Below are positions 10,153-19,861 of a DNA stretch of 64,000 nucleotides, piece after piece. The translations under genes were made by a program, and so were the position numbers. Position 1 is the stretch's first letter. Each line of letters starts with the position of its first letter. The DNA comes from a virus. Its lineage: Duplodnaviria; Caudoviricetes. Where the stretch lies: positions 1 through 64,000 of the IMG/VR virus record IMGVR_UViG_3300022552_000005. One strand, given 5' to 3'. The notes under the pieces are model-generated. The model searched no databases, was not told where the DNA came from, and worked only from the letters and a program-made list of their open reading frames with translations.

Positions 10153-13100
10153 TGCAGATTCCGCCACGCTGGAAAGATATTTACGGCGCAACATTCACCG
10201 AACTATTTGATTTTGAAAAATTAAACGAAAAGATCGCCCAACTCGCGCAAGAAATTAAAGACGGCAAGAGAAGAAAACCCAAGGTTCTTTTCGTTGGAGA
10301 AGCATCTTTTCTAAAGACAGGGTTTAGCACCTATTGGGACGCTGTTTTGCGTCGCCTACATAAATGGGGTAACATTAATATTGTAGAGCTGGGATCTTAC
10401 GCAGCGCCCACCGATCCACGTATTAAGAATGTGCCGTGGAAATTCTATGCAGTAATGCCCGATCCCAATGACCCCGAAGACGTGCGCGAGTATGGCAATC
10501 CCCATGGCTCACCTGATGAACAGCGCCGATATCATTTGAATCAATTCGGTAAACATAAATTCGATCCAGTTGTGGCGGCAGAAAAACCAGACATTGTTTG
10601 CACCCTCCGCGATCATTGGATGGACTCCTACATCAGCGAGTCAGTCTTCCGAGACAGGTTTCACTGGATATGGCTCCTATGTATCGATTCACAGCCCCAA
10701 CAGTGGGAATGGCTAAAGACATTTAATGGTGTTGATACTTGTTTAGCCTATTCTCACTTTGGGAAAAGGGTTGCCGAAGTTCAATCGCGCCATCCAATTG
10801 CACAAAGTTTAGGAATTAAACCTATCAACGTAGAACTTGTTATTCAACCAGCTATCGATACTAATATTTATCATCCAATGGATAAAGCATTAGTCAAACA
10901 GCGTTTCAATATTCCTCCTCAGGTGCAATTTGTTGGAATGGTGGCGCGCAACCAGAAACGCAAATTATTCCCTCGGTTAATTGAGGCATTCCGCATTTTT
11001 AAGAAGCGTAATGGTTGGGGAAGCACAAATAAAAAAATTAAAAATATTGACAACATCAAATTATTACTACATACTTCAATACGCGATGTGGGCTTTAATA
11101 TTCCGGAAGCAATACGGCGCGAAGGTTTACAAAACGAAGTATATTTTACTTATATTTGTCGTCGTTGTGGTGTTTTCGGGGTTACTCCATTTATTGGTTC
11201 GCCAGCACGTTGTCCCAATTGTGGACATATGTCATTTGATAGTCCAAATACTCAGGTTGGACTTCCGGATGATCAATTTAACTTAATTTTTAATCTAATG
11301 GACGTTTATGTTCAGATGAGCATCGCTGGAGCGGCAGAAATGCCGATTGTTAATGCCAAAGCTTGTGGTGTGCCAGTCATTGTTTCTGGCTATGCCGCCA
11401 TGTATGAGCAAGGACTTAATGGCGGCGGCATGATAGTTAAAGGTGATCTCGAAACCGAAGCAGAAACTATGCAGCGACGCTTCTGGTTCAACAGGGAGGA
11501 TTTAGTAGAAAAACTAACTAAATTATTCCGTAAACCAAATCTACTCAAAAAACTCGGAAAAGAAGCTCGCGAATGCGCCGTAAAATACTACAATTGGGAT
11601 TTAGCCGCTAAGAAATGGGAATATATTCTATTAAGCCGCAATCTCAAGCCATTATCGGAAACGTGGCAAAAACCAATTAAAACTTATATTATTCCATCTA
11701 ATCCAATTTACAAAGAAAATCTTTCTAACGAAGAGTTCATCACGCAATGCTATCAAAAAATATTAAATCGCGAGCCAGATCCTGAAGGTTATAGCCATTG
11801 GCTAAACCAATTGAGCCGTGGACGCCCACGTGAAGATATTGAAAAATTTTTCCGTCGAATTGCTGAACGCAATAATCGTGCTGCCGAATTGTTGGAAAAG
11901 GGAAAATTAAACGTTCTAAGTCCAATTGAAAAAATTAAACGGGAGTTTGATCCGGCGGATAAGTTCCGCATCCTTTACTGCATGCCACAAACAGCGGGTG
12001 ACGTATTGATTAGCACTGCTATTGTGCGCAAATTAAAAGAAAAATATCCTAATGCATCAATTTACTTTGCTACTGAAAAGCGCTATTTTGACATTCTAAA
12101 AGGTAATCCGGATATTAAGAAAGTAATTGAGTATAAAGACTTTATGCTTAATTATCGCATTCCAGAGCCTTTTGGTCCACAAAAGGGATTCGTTGATTTG
12201 TGTTTTTGTCCATTCATTGTTACGCAACGAATTCCCCATTGGATACATGGGGGCAAGGGGGAATCATTGGGTGTTACTTATGCACATTTGTGCAATCTCA
12301 CTATGACAGACGAAGAAATTAGTCAAAAAATGTATATCGCGCTTGAAAAACCCAATGTTGAACTACCAGAAACTTACATTACGTTTCATGCTAAAACAAC
12401 GCAAGATCCAAAAGATTATGAACGTTGGGATGAGGTTTTTGAACAATTACAAGGAATCACCGTTGTTCAGGTTGGTAATGCCGATGAACCACTAATTAAA
12501 TATGAAAACGTAATTGACCTGCGCGGAAAAACTACGCCACAGCAATTGGCATATATTATTAAACATGCAAAATTACACCTTGGGCTCGACTCATTCCCGG
12601 CGCATGTAGCTTCAGCCGTAGAAACGCCCTCTGTAATTCTTTACGGCGGAACATACGCCAAACAAGGCGGCATTCAGCACAATATTGCCATTGAACCAAA
12701 GGATAGGAATGGATGCGTAACGAGCTGCCATTTAATTGAATGTATTCAGAAAAAACAAGGGCGCGACAAATGTATTAATAATATTGAGCCCGATGAAGTA
12801 ATCGAAGCACTAAAAAAGATTTTAAATGTTCAATATTTTAAACCCCCGAAAGAATTGAAGGTTTCAGCATATTGTATTATTAAAGATGGCATTAAATATG
12901 GTTTTCCGTTCGAGGAATGCATTCGGGCAGCTTTGAAAATCGTTGACGAATTCGTAATGGTCGATGGTGGCTCAACAGATGGCACTTGGGAACGCCTCCA
13001 AGAACTACAAAAAGAAGAGCCTCGTTTAAAAATTTATCAGCATGAATGGGATATGGACGATCCCATGTTAATGGGCAACGAAAAAACCTACGCTAAAGAA

Positions 13101-13763
13101 AAATGCACCGGCGATTATGTTATTCAATTAGATGCCGATGAAATTTTGGTTGAGCCACATCCAGGGGCAATTAAAAAACTCATCCGGCGGAATAAAAAGG
13201 TGGTCTGTTTTGATTTGCCTGTGATAAATCTTTACGACAATGAAAAAATTCGCCTGGACGATACACTGATTAAGTGGCGTATCTATAAAAATACCGATGA
13301 CTGGGTTCACACCGCACCCGGACAATTTAGAGAATTCGATCCAGATACCATGAAAATTACCTTCGACAAAAAGAAGTGCGATTCGTGCGAACCGTGTAAT
13401 AGATATACCCTTGAGATTATTCCGCACGTTTCAGTTTTGCCGCCGAATGTATTATCAGCTCACTATGCATTAAAAGAAGCCGTCAAGAAGGGTAATGTTC
13501 CCGATGATTTATTAAAAACCTACTGCGACATTTTGCGAAATATTGTTAAACACGTTCCTCACGTCGTACATTATTCTTGGAACAATCTTGAAACTAAGAA
13601 AAAACGCGGCGAATTTTGGAGTAATACTTATCATGGACGTAAAAGCTGGACACATAATACCACACAAGACATCGAGGAAAGAATTAAAGAAAATAAAGAG
13701 TTTATTTTACCGATAGCCTTAAGTGGCTTGCGAAAGGAGGAAAATAATGGACTTTCCAGATAA
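10152..13763 (+). CDS. Multidomain glycosyltransferase: GT4-like + DUF4214-like + GT9-like + GT2-like
   Basis: GT-B/GT4 motifs (VGMVARNQKRK, FNLMDVYV, MPIVNAKACGVPVI); EEFITQCYQKILNREPDPEGYSHW (DUF4214-like); GDVLISTAIVRKLKEKYP and GLDSFPAHVASAV (GT9); VMVDGGSTDGT and QLDADE (GT2). Confidence 0.85.
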   Translation: MQIPPRWKDIYGATFTELFDFEKLNEKIAQLAQEIKDGKRRKPKVLFVGEASFLKTGFSTYWDAVLRRLHKWGNINIVELGSYAAPTDPRIKNVPWKFYAVMPDPNDPEDVREYGNPHGSPDEQRRYHLNQFGKHKFDPVVAAEKPDIVCTLRDHWMDSYISESVFRDRFHWIWLLCIDSQPQQWEWLKTFNGVDTCLAYSHFGKRVAEVQSRHPIAQSLGIKPINVELVIQPAIDTNIYHPMDKALVKQRFNIPPQVQFVGMVARNQKRKLFPRLIEAFRIFKKRNGWGSTNKKIKNIDNIKLLLHTSIRDVGFNIPEAIRREGLQNEVYFTYICRRCGVFGVTPFIGSPARCPNCGHMSFDSPNTQVGLPDDQFNLIFNLMDVYVQMSIAGAAEMPIVNAKACGVPVIVSGYAAMYEQGLNGGGMIVKGDLETEAETMQRRFWFNREDLVEKLTKLFRKPNLLKKLGKEARECAVKYYNWDLAAKKWEYILLSRNLKPLSETWQKPIKTYIIPSNPIYKENLSNEEFITQCYQKILNREPDPEGYSHWLNQLSRGRPREDIEKFFRRIAERNNRAAELLEKGKLNVLSPIEKIKREFDPADKFRILYCMPQTAGDVLISTAIVRKLKEKYPNASIYFATEKRYFDILKGNPDIKKVIEYKDFMLNYRIPEPFGPQKGFVDLCFCPFIVTQRIPHWIHGGKGESLGVTYAHLCNLTMTDEEISQKMYIALEKPNVELPETYITFHAKTTQDPKDYERWDEVFEQLQGITVVQVGNADEPLIKYENVIDLRGKTTPQQLAYIIKHAKLHLGLDSFPAHVASAVETPSVILYGGTYAKQGGIQHNIAIEPKDRNGCVTSCHLIECIQKKQGRDKCINNIEPDEVIEALKKILNVQYFKPPKELKVSAYCIIKDGIKYGFPFEECIRAALKIVDEFVMVDGGSTDGTWERLQELQKEEPRLKIYQHEWDMDDPMLMGNEKTYAKEKCTGDYVIQLDADEILVEPHPGAIKKLIRRNKKVVCFDLPVINLYDNEKIRLDDTLIKWRIYKNTDDWVHTAPGQFREFDPDTMKITFDKKKCDSCEPCNRYTLEIIPHVSVLPPNVLSAHYALKEAVKKGNVPDDLLKTYCDILRNIVKHVPHVVHYSWNNLETKKKRGEFWSNTYHGRKSWTHNTTQDIEERIKENKEFILPIALSGLRKEENNGLSR

Positions 13764-14226
13764 GGCAGTCACAACACTATTGCTTCGCGATATAAACAAC
13801 CAAATACTTGAGATTTGTTACGGCAAACTATTCGATCAAGCACAAGGTCCAGACAATATTTCTTTCGGACCGCACAACCCCGGTATGAGTGCAGAACCTG
13901 CCAAGTGGTGCTACATTAACAAATGCAATTTGATTCCTGCGTTCAGATTGTTTAAAAATTTACACGAAGAACCACCATGTAAAATCAAGCAAGATTGCTC
14001 ACATATTCCGCCATATATTATAGTCACCCCAGACAGACTAGAGATTGTAGAGAGTTCAGGGCGTTCCATCACATTTCAAATTGCAACTCTTAATAATATA
14101 GAAATAATACTAAACAGTAAAAATAAAAGCAAAGCATCTATTACAACATTCGCGTTCGATTATGATTATTTTATGGGACTCTTCGATGAATGGCTAAAGT
14201 TCATTTGTCGAGGGAGACATGGGTAG
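13747..14226 (+). CDS. Hypothetical protein (159 aa)
   Basis: AAGGAGG immediately upstream of ATG 13747; no recognisable motif. Confidence 0.65.
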   Translation: MDFPDKAVTTLLLRDINNQILEICYGKLFDQAQGPDNISFGPHNPGMSAEPAKWCYINKCNLIPAFRLFKNLHEEPPCKIKQDCSHIPPYIIVTPDRLEIVESSGRSITFQIATLNNIEIILNSKNKSKASITTFAFDYDYFMGLFDEWLKFICRGRHG

Positions 14227-14404
14227 TTTGTGTCAGAAGGCATCTTCCATTAAAACACCCAATAGAAATATCGATTTTTTTCAAGGACTAGATTGAAAGT
14301 CTATTCGCGGCGCTGTATTACGAGCAAAGACGGTTAGAGATAAAAAGCGTCTTCGATCTTGAAGAATTATATGAAAATGGCAAACTACCGCCAAGAGAAA
14401 TACG

Positions 14405-16117
14405 ATGAACTGTCCAATTATTGTACATTTAGCCGTTCATAACATGGCTGATTTCGTTGGCTATGCCATTGATGCTGTCGCTCCGCACGTTGATAAAATC
14501 ATTATCTTAGAGGGAGCCTGGGGAACCAGCGTAAAAGCCAATAATCTTTTCACGCCGCGTTCAACTGACGGAACTATCGAAATCCTAAAAGAAAAACAGA
14601 AACAACATGGTAATATCGAAATTCATCATCTTAGTTTGCCCACCCAATTGCAACAGCGCAGCGAATATTTCCACATTGTTAAAGATTATCCTCATTATAT
14701 GTGGCTTATTGATGCCGACGAAATTTATGACGAAATAGACATTATCAAGGTCAAAGATGCTATTATTCGTCATGACCCTAAAGAAAGTCAAGTTCTATAT
14801 TGCACATCATTAACATTCGTGAACGACTTTTATCATTACCGACCAATTGATTGGGCGCGCATTTTCTATATTGAGCATCCGGATCATGAATTTATAGCCC
14901 CAAATCATATTTTTGATAAACGCAAAAATCGCCCACTAGTTGAAAATAAAAAACCGATTGCTAATTTTTTTCATTATTCCTATGTAATTTCTCCGGAAAG
15001 ATTTAAGCAAAAAGTCGCTGACCGTATTGAGGTGCACGGCGAATTCAAATGGGAGCTTCAAGATGGAGTAATTCGTCGCGCGGGAATTAATTACTATCAT
15101 AAAACTAATTACGTCCCCCCAATTATCCGCAATCATCCGAAAGCCAAAATAAAATTACCTGACGAAATATTTAATTACAAAGCGCGCACAAAAATTGGTT
15201 TTTTAATTCATTCCGGCATTGGCAACATGATTCTTGCCACCCCTATGCTGAAAGCGTTACGCAAGCTTTATCCAGATGCAAGAATTTCCGTATTCACGTG
15301 GGAACGTTGCGCAGACATAATTAGGGGACTCGATTTCATTGATGATATTATTACACATCGATATGAGGCTTTTGTAGATTCTGTTGGTGGGTTAGATTAT
15401 TTATTAATTTCTCCGACGGCAGTAATTCCTACAGCCCGCGCCCGTTTGATTGAACGTAGCAAATCTGTTATCGAACTTCCCCCACATAACTGGGGAAAGC
15501 ACGAATCTGAATATAACATGGACTTGGTACGTATGTTAGGATATAAGGGGGAAACGCCACGTCCAAGTTGTGTCTGGGATGAACTAACCGTAACGTATGA
15601 AAACGCGGCTATCATAAGTATAAGCCATCTGGCTGAGGGTCATTGGTGGCTAAAATCCATAGAAGATGATCGCGAATGGTTGAGAGTCGTTGATTTCTTG
15701 ACATCGTGTGGTTATAACGTGATAGCATTAGGAACCAACATAGGAACATCTATACTTGATCAACATCCAAAAGTTATTAATTTATGTGGCAAAACTACCA
15801 TAACAGAAGCCGCCGCGATTATTAAAAATGCAAAACTCTTTGTGGGGTTGGACGGCGCATTAGCCCATATTGCCGCATGTTTTGAAATTCCGTCGGTTGT
15901 TGTATTTACTTTCACGAATATTATAAAAAATCTGCCATTGAATCGAAACTTACTAGTGGTGGCTAAGAATTGTCCAAAACGCACGACATGTCAACATGGA
16001 AATTGGGCAAAATGCGAGAGTAGATTCTGCCGCAGGATTAGCGCTAAAGATATTGTAAGTAAAATCCGCGAATTGCGCAATATCGATGCTGTTATTAATT
16101 GGAATTCGTCAGAGTAA
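14405..16117 (+). CDS. Fused GT2-like + GT9-like glycosyltransferase
   Basis: N-terminal STDGT and WLIDADE (GT-A DxD); C-terminal GIGNMILATPMLKALRKLYPDA and GLDGALAHIAACFEIPSV (heptosyltransferase-like GT9). Confidence 0.85.
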   Translation: MNCPIIVHLAVHNMADFVGYAIDAVAPHVDKIIILEGAWGTSVKANNLFTPRSTDGTIEILKEKQKQHGNIEIHHLSLPTQLQQRSEYFHIVKDYPHYMWLIDADEIYDEIDIIKVKDAIIRHDPKESQVLYCTSLTFVNDFYHYRPIDWARIFYIEHPDHEFIAPNHIFDKRKNRPLVENKKPIANFFHYSYVISPERFKQKVADRIEVHGEFKWELQDGVIRRAGINYYHKTNYVPPIIRNHPKAKIKLPDEIFNYKARTKIGFLIHSGIGNMILATPMLKALRKLYPDARISVFTWERCADIIRGLDFIDDIITHRYEAFVDSVGGLDYLLISPTAVIPTARARLIERSKSVIELPPHNWGKHESEYNMDLVRMLGYKGETPRPSCVWDELTVTYENAAIISISHLAEGHWWLKSIEDDREWLRVVDFLTSCGYNVIALGTNIGTSILDQHPKVINLCGKTTITEAAAIIKNAKLFVGLDGALAHIAACFEIPSVVVFTFTNIIKNLPLNRNLLVVAKNCPKRTTCQHGNWAKCESRFCRRISAKDIVSKIRELRNIDAVINWNSSE

Positions 16118-16119
16118 AA

Positions 16120-17097
16120 ATGAAAATTTTATTGATCGGCTCGTATTACAAGAATCAGTTTCACGGTGCTGAGGTTGGTATCTATAATGCTTTAAAGAAA
16201 TTAGAACATAAAGTTGACATTCTTGATTTGCAAGCTACCCAAGGAAAATTTGGCGACTCTATTGTCTATAATCAAAACCTCAACGAATTAGCCGAACACG
16301 CCGGAAAGTATGATTTTATTTTAGTTGTTGGCGCAGGTATTAACCCTGACCGTTTAACTGATAAAGTAAAGTCGCTTCTTGCCAATCATGTCACGGTTGT
16401 CTGGAATTCTGAGCCGATTAGATTAAATAACTATCGTGATCGTTTATTGTTACAGAAACATTATTATAATTTCTTTTTTACTTTTGATGAAGGTGAAATT
16501 CCTCTATATTTGAAAAACGAAATGCGCCCGTGTTATTTTTTGCCGCAAGCGTTTAATCCAGATTGGTATCGCCCAATAGATATTGAAAATAAAGAATTTA
16601 TTTGTTTTGTGGGATCGGTTGGTGGGAAATGGGTAAACCGACACTTTTTACTTCAGCGAATTAAAAAGATTACGCGCATTTATACGACAATGACATTCAA
16701 CGCCGAACATGTAAATAAAATATACAATATGCATTGGTGCGGCATCAATCTAGGGCTTTACCATGAAGAGCTTGGTCCGCCACCGTATTTAAGTTCATAT
16801 GGATATCAACAACGCATTTTTGAATTAATCGGTGCTGGCTGTATTCCAATTACTAACCTTCCCGCGGATTTTGATCGAACGCCTGAACAACGACGCATGT
16901 TTACAAATAAAAAGAATATAATTTTTTATACAAATGATTCATTAGAGGCAATATTAAAGTATTATCGCGACAACCAAGACAAACTTCAGGAAATCCGAGA
17001 AAGCGTCCTTCAAATTCGCGAAAATCATACTTATGAAGCACGTATGAAAACGATGGTTAAATTGCTTGAGAAAGGAAGGTTTTCTCATGTCCAGTGA
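16120..17097 (+). CDS. CgeB/DUF3880-like glycosyltransferase (Glyco_trans_1_2)
   Basis: FFFTFD, LPQAFNPDWYRP, ICFVGS, RIFELIGAG, RENHTYEARM are typical of CgeB-like GT-B proteins. ATG 16120. Confidence 0.75.
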   Translation: MKILLIGSYYKNQFHGAEVGIYNALKKLEHKVDILDLQATQGKFGDSIVYNQNLNELAEHAGKYDFILVVGAGINPDRLTDKVKSLLANHVTVVWNSEPIRLNNYRDRLLLQKHYYNFFFTFDEGEIPLYLKNEMRPCYFLPQAFNPDWYRPIDIENKEFICFVGSVGGKWVNRHFLLQRIKKITRIYTTMTFNAEHVNKIYNMHWCGINLGLYHEELGPPPYLSSYGYQQRIFELIGAGCIPITNLPADFDRTPEQRRMFTNKKNIIFYTNDSLEAILKYYRDNQDKLQEIRESVLQIRENHTYEARMKTMVKLLEKGRFSHVQ

Positions 17098-17500
17098 TAG
17101 CTATGCGCGTTCTCCTAATAAAAAGAAAATCAAATTAACATGGTCACACGTTGAAAAATTATTACTCAAACCGCTTATTAATAAATTAAAGAATTACAAA
17201 TTTGACGAGATTTTTGCCGTTTCTCGTGGAGGGTTAATTCCTGGTGTTTACTTAAGTCATGTCTTTAAAAAGCCGCTACGCGTAATCGAACCATGGCAAA
17301 CGCCTTCTATTAGACGACACACCCTAATTATTGACGATGTGGTCGATACAGATTACACATATGAACATATTATGTCCGAAATAATACAACATCATGATAA
17401 GATAACTTTTGCGGCGCTAGTCAAAAAACCGTGGTCAAAAGCTAATGTTGTATATGGGACGGTGATGAATGAGTGGGTCGTTTTTCCCTGGGAACAGTAA
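17087..17500 (+). CDS. Type I phosphoribosyltransferase (xanthine/hypoxanthine PRT-like)
   Basis: [10 protein letters not shown] and [16 protein letters not shown]-binding loop (variant); AALVKKP; WVVFPWE C-terminus. Confidence 0.85.
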   Translation: MSSDSYARSPNKKKIKLTWSHVEKLLLKPLINKLKNYKFDEIFAVSRGGLIPGVYLSHVFKKPLRVIEPWQTPSIRRHTLIIDDVVDTDYTYEHIMSEIIQHHDKITFAALVKKPWSKANVVYGTVMNEWVVFPWEQ

Positions 17501-18092
17501 AGTAATTCTTGGCGATTGTTTTGAAGTTATAAAGAACTTTCCCGATAATAGTATTGATTTAATTTTTACTGATCCACCTTACCTTAAAAAATATCTTCCT
17601 CTCTATAAACGTATGGCTGAAGAATTTCCACGAATTATGAAAGATGGTGCATCATTAGTTACAATTGTTGGGCATTATGCTATCCCATATGTCCTTGAAG
17701 TTTTTAAAAACAAACTAAAATATCGCTGGATTTTATGCCTTAACCAATTTGATGGCAAACATGCACGTATGGCAATGGGAATTGAAGTTATGTGGAAACC
17801 AATGTTGTGGTTTGTCAAACGTGCTTACCCACACGGTCGCGGATTTCTAAGAGATGGTATTAAAATTACCGGCACAGCAGGACAAACCAAACATCATCAT
17901 AAATGGGAACAGGATATTAGTTGGTGTGAGTATTATGTTAAACGTCTTTGTCCAGAAAACGGGGTTGTTCTTGATCCGTTTTGTGGATCAGGAACTGTTG
18001 GAGTCGCCTGTCAGAAGCTGGGAAGAAGGTTTATTCTAATTGATAATGACGAAAAAGCAATCAAAACAACCCGACAGCGATTGGGTATGTAA
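17469..18092 (+). CDS. DNA amino-methyltransferase, N6_N4_Mtase family (beta order, DPPY)
   Basis: [13 protein letters not shown], then [10 protein letters not shown] (catalytic motif before SAM-binding motif). Confidence 0.88.
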   Translation: MSGSFFPGNSKVILGDCFEVIKNFPDNSIDLIFTDPPYLKKYLPLYKRMAEEFPRIMKDGASLVTIVGHYAIPYVLEVFKNKLKYRWILCLNQFDGKHARMAMGIEVMWKPMLWFVKRAYPHGRGFLRDGIKITGTAGQTKHHHKWEQDISWCEYYVKRLCPENGVVLDPFCGSGTVGVACQKLGRRFILIDNDEKAIKTTRQRLGM

Positions 18093-18894
18093 ACCACTAT
18101 TAGGTTGGGTAGGAAGTAAGCGCCGCCTATTACCTGTATTATTAAAATACACACCTTACCGTAAATATTTATGCGAGGCGTTTGCTGGAAGCGCAGCGCT
18201 TTATTTTGGCTCAACATTTAAAAGGGCATTTTTGAACGATGTAGATCTTTATCTTATCAGATTCTATGATGCACTAAGAAAATACCCTGAACAAATCATT
18301 GAACGTTTCAAACAATTATCAGATAAAATTGATAAAGATTCATACCTCAAATCACGAGAAAACAATTTTCTTCATCTTGAAAACAAACAAAAAATTATTG
18401 ATTTTGCGGCGCATTTTTGGTATTGGAACAAGTTGGCATTTTCCAGCGTAATGCATTTTAATAAAAAAGGATTTTTCAGCGTTCCATATCGTCCACGAAA
18501 AACGCCATTAAAAGTCAACATAGAACAAATTAATATTATCGTTAAAAAACTCCGCAATGCTAAATTATACAATAAAGACTTTCGTGAATTTCTATCATCT
18601 TTCTTAAAGTGCAACGCATTGGATCGTATCGTGTTCTATATCGATCCTCCTTATATCAAAACTCATGCATCGTATGCAGATAAGTGGACCAATAAAGACA
18701 TTGAAGATCTGGTCAAAATCTGCACAGAATTAAAAAATAAGGGCGCTTTTTTATTAATATCTGGCAATAAGATTACTGCCGACGCTTTTGTCGAGGCGGG
18801 ATGGAAAATAGAAGAAATATTCAAATTGTGGCATTGTTGCAACCCGGCAAGAAACATGAATTTGAAAGAAGAGTTCATTTTATCATCGAGGTAA
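18046..18894 (+). CDS. Dam-like DNA adenine methyltransferase (D12 class)
   Basis: [32 protein letters not shown]. Confidence 0.88.
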   Translation: MTKKQSKQPDSDWVCKPLLGWVGSKRRLLPVLLKYTPYRKYLCEAFAGSAALYFGSTFKRAFLNDVDLYLIRFYDALRKYPEQIIERFKQLSDKIDKDSYLKSRENNFLHLENKQKIIDFAAHFWYWNKLAFSSVMHFNKKGFFSVPYRPRKTPLKVNIEQINIIVKKLRNAKLYNKDFREFLSSFLKCNALDRIVFYIDPPYIKTHASYADKWTNKDIEDLVKICTELKNKGAFLLISGNKITADAFVEAGWKIEEIFKLWHCCNPARNMNLKEEFILSSR

Positions 18895-18898
18895 ATAC

Positions 18899-19849
18899 AT
18901 GGAAACTGCCACTCTCATAACCGGCGGATTGGGGTTTATCGGATTAAATCTTCTCAAATTTATCAAGGCTGACCGAATTATTGTCGTTGATAATTTCAAA
19001 TGTGCTGGAAGTATACGGCACATTAATAAACACATTTTATTTCTTGAAGGAGATGTGACTGATAAAAAATTCGTGCGGATGTTGTCTATTTACCCAATTA
19101 ATAAGATTTATCACCTGGCAAGCATCGCATCACCGAAATTCTATAAAAAATTTCCCATTGATACAATCATGACTAACGTGATTGGTACGTTAAATATATG
19201 CGAATTAGCTTTGACCTGCAAGGCGCGCCTTTTGTTAAGTAGTACGAGCGAAATCTATGGACAACCAGAGGTCCATCCACAGCCAGAAAGCTATTTTGGG
19301 CATCGTAATACTGTCGGTGATCGGTCTTGCTATGATTGTTCTAAAGCCGTAGCAGAAACAATAGTTTACGAATATACTAAAAAAGGTCTAAATGCTGTTA
19401 TTGCTCGCATTTTTAATACTTATGGACCTTATATGCGCCCTGATGATGGGCGTGTGATTAGCGAATTTATTTGTCGCGCAATAATAGGGAAACCGCTTAT
19501 TATCCATAACGGCGGCAACCAAACGCGCAGCTTTTGTTATGTTGATGATCTTTGCAAAGGACTAATCTTACTTATGGAAAAGGGCAAAGATTTAGTTTAT
19601 AATGTCGGTAACGACCAAGCGGAAATAACCATCAATCAACTGGCGGATTTAATTGAGGCAAGGTTAAATAAAAAATTGGAGCGCAAATATATCGACGTAC
19701 AAGATAACGATCCTGTGGTTCGCCGTCCAGATTTGACAAAAATCAGACAATTGGGCTATAAGCCACAAGTTGAAATTGAGCAAGGACTTAGGAAAACTAT
19801 TAAATATTTCAGGAAGCAATGGACTGGAAAAACATTCAAGGAATATTAA
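18899..19849 (+). CDS. UDP-glucuronate decarboxylase / UDP-xylose synthase-like NAD-dependent SDR
   Basis: TGGLGFIG; IYHLASIASP..Y...PIDT; STSEIYG.PEVHPQPESY.G; YDCSK (YxxxK); RIFNTYGPYMRPDDGRVIS; QTRSFCYVDDL, closely following the UXS pattern. Confidence 0.85.
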   Translation: METATLITGGLGFIGLNLLKFIKADRIIVVDNFKCAGSIRHINKHILFLEGDVTDKKFVRMLSIYPINKIYHLASIASPKFYKKFPIDTIMTNVIGTLNICELALTCKARLLLSSTSEIYGQPEVHPQPESYFGHRNTVGDRSCYDCSKAVAETIVYEYTKKGLNAVIARIFNTYGPYMRPDDGRVISEFICRAIIGKPLIIHNGGNQTRSFCYVDDLCKGLILLMEKGKDLVYNVGNDQAEITINQLADLIEARLNKKLERKYIDVQDNDPVVRRPDLTKIRQLGYKPQVEIEQGLRKTIKYFRKQWTGKTFKEY

Positions 19850-19861
19850 TCGATAAAGAGA

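Noticed and set aside
10152-17097. T4-like DNA glucosyltransferase interpretation of the GT genes
   Set aside because: Domains are GT2/GT4/GT9/CgeB types rather than T4 alpha/beta-glucosyltransferase-like, and no hydroxymethylcytosine pathway is present in the window; kept only as an alternative.
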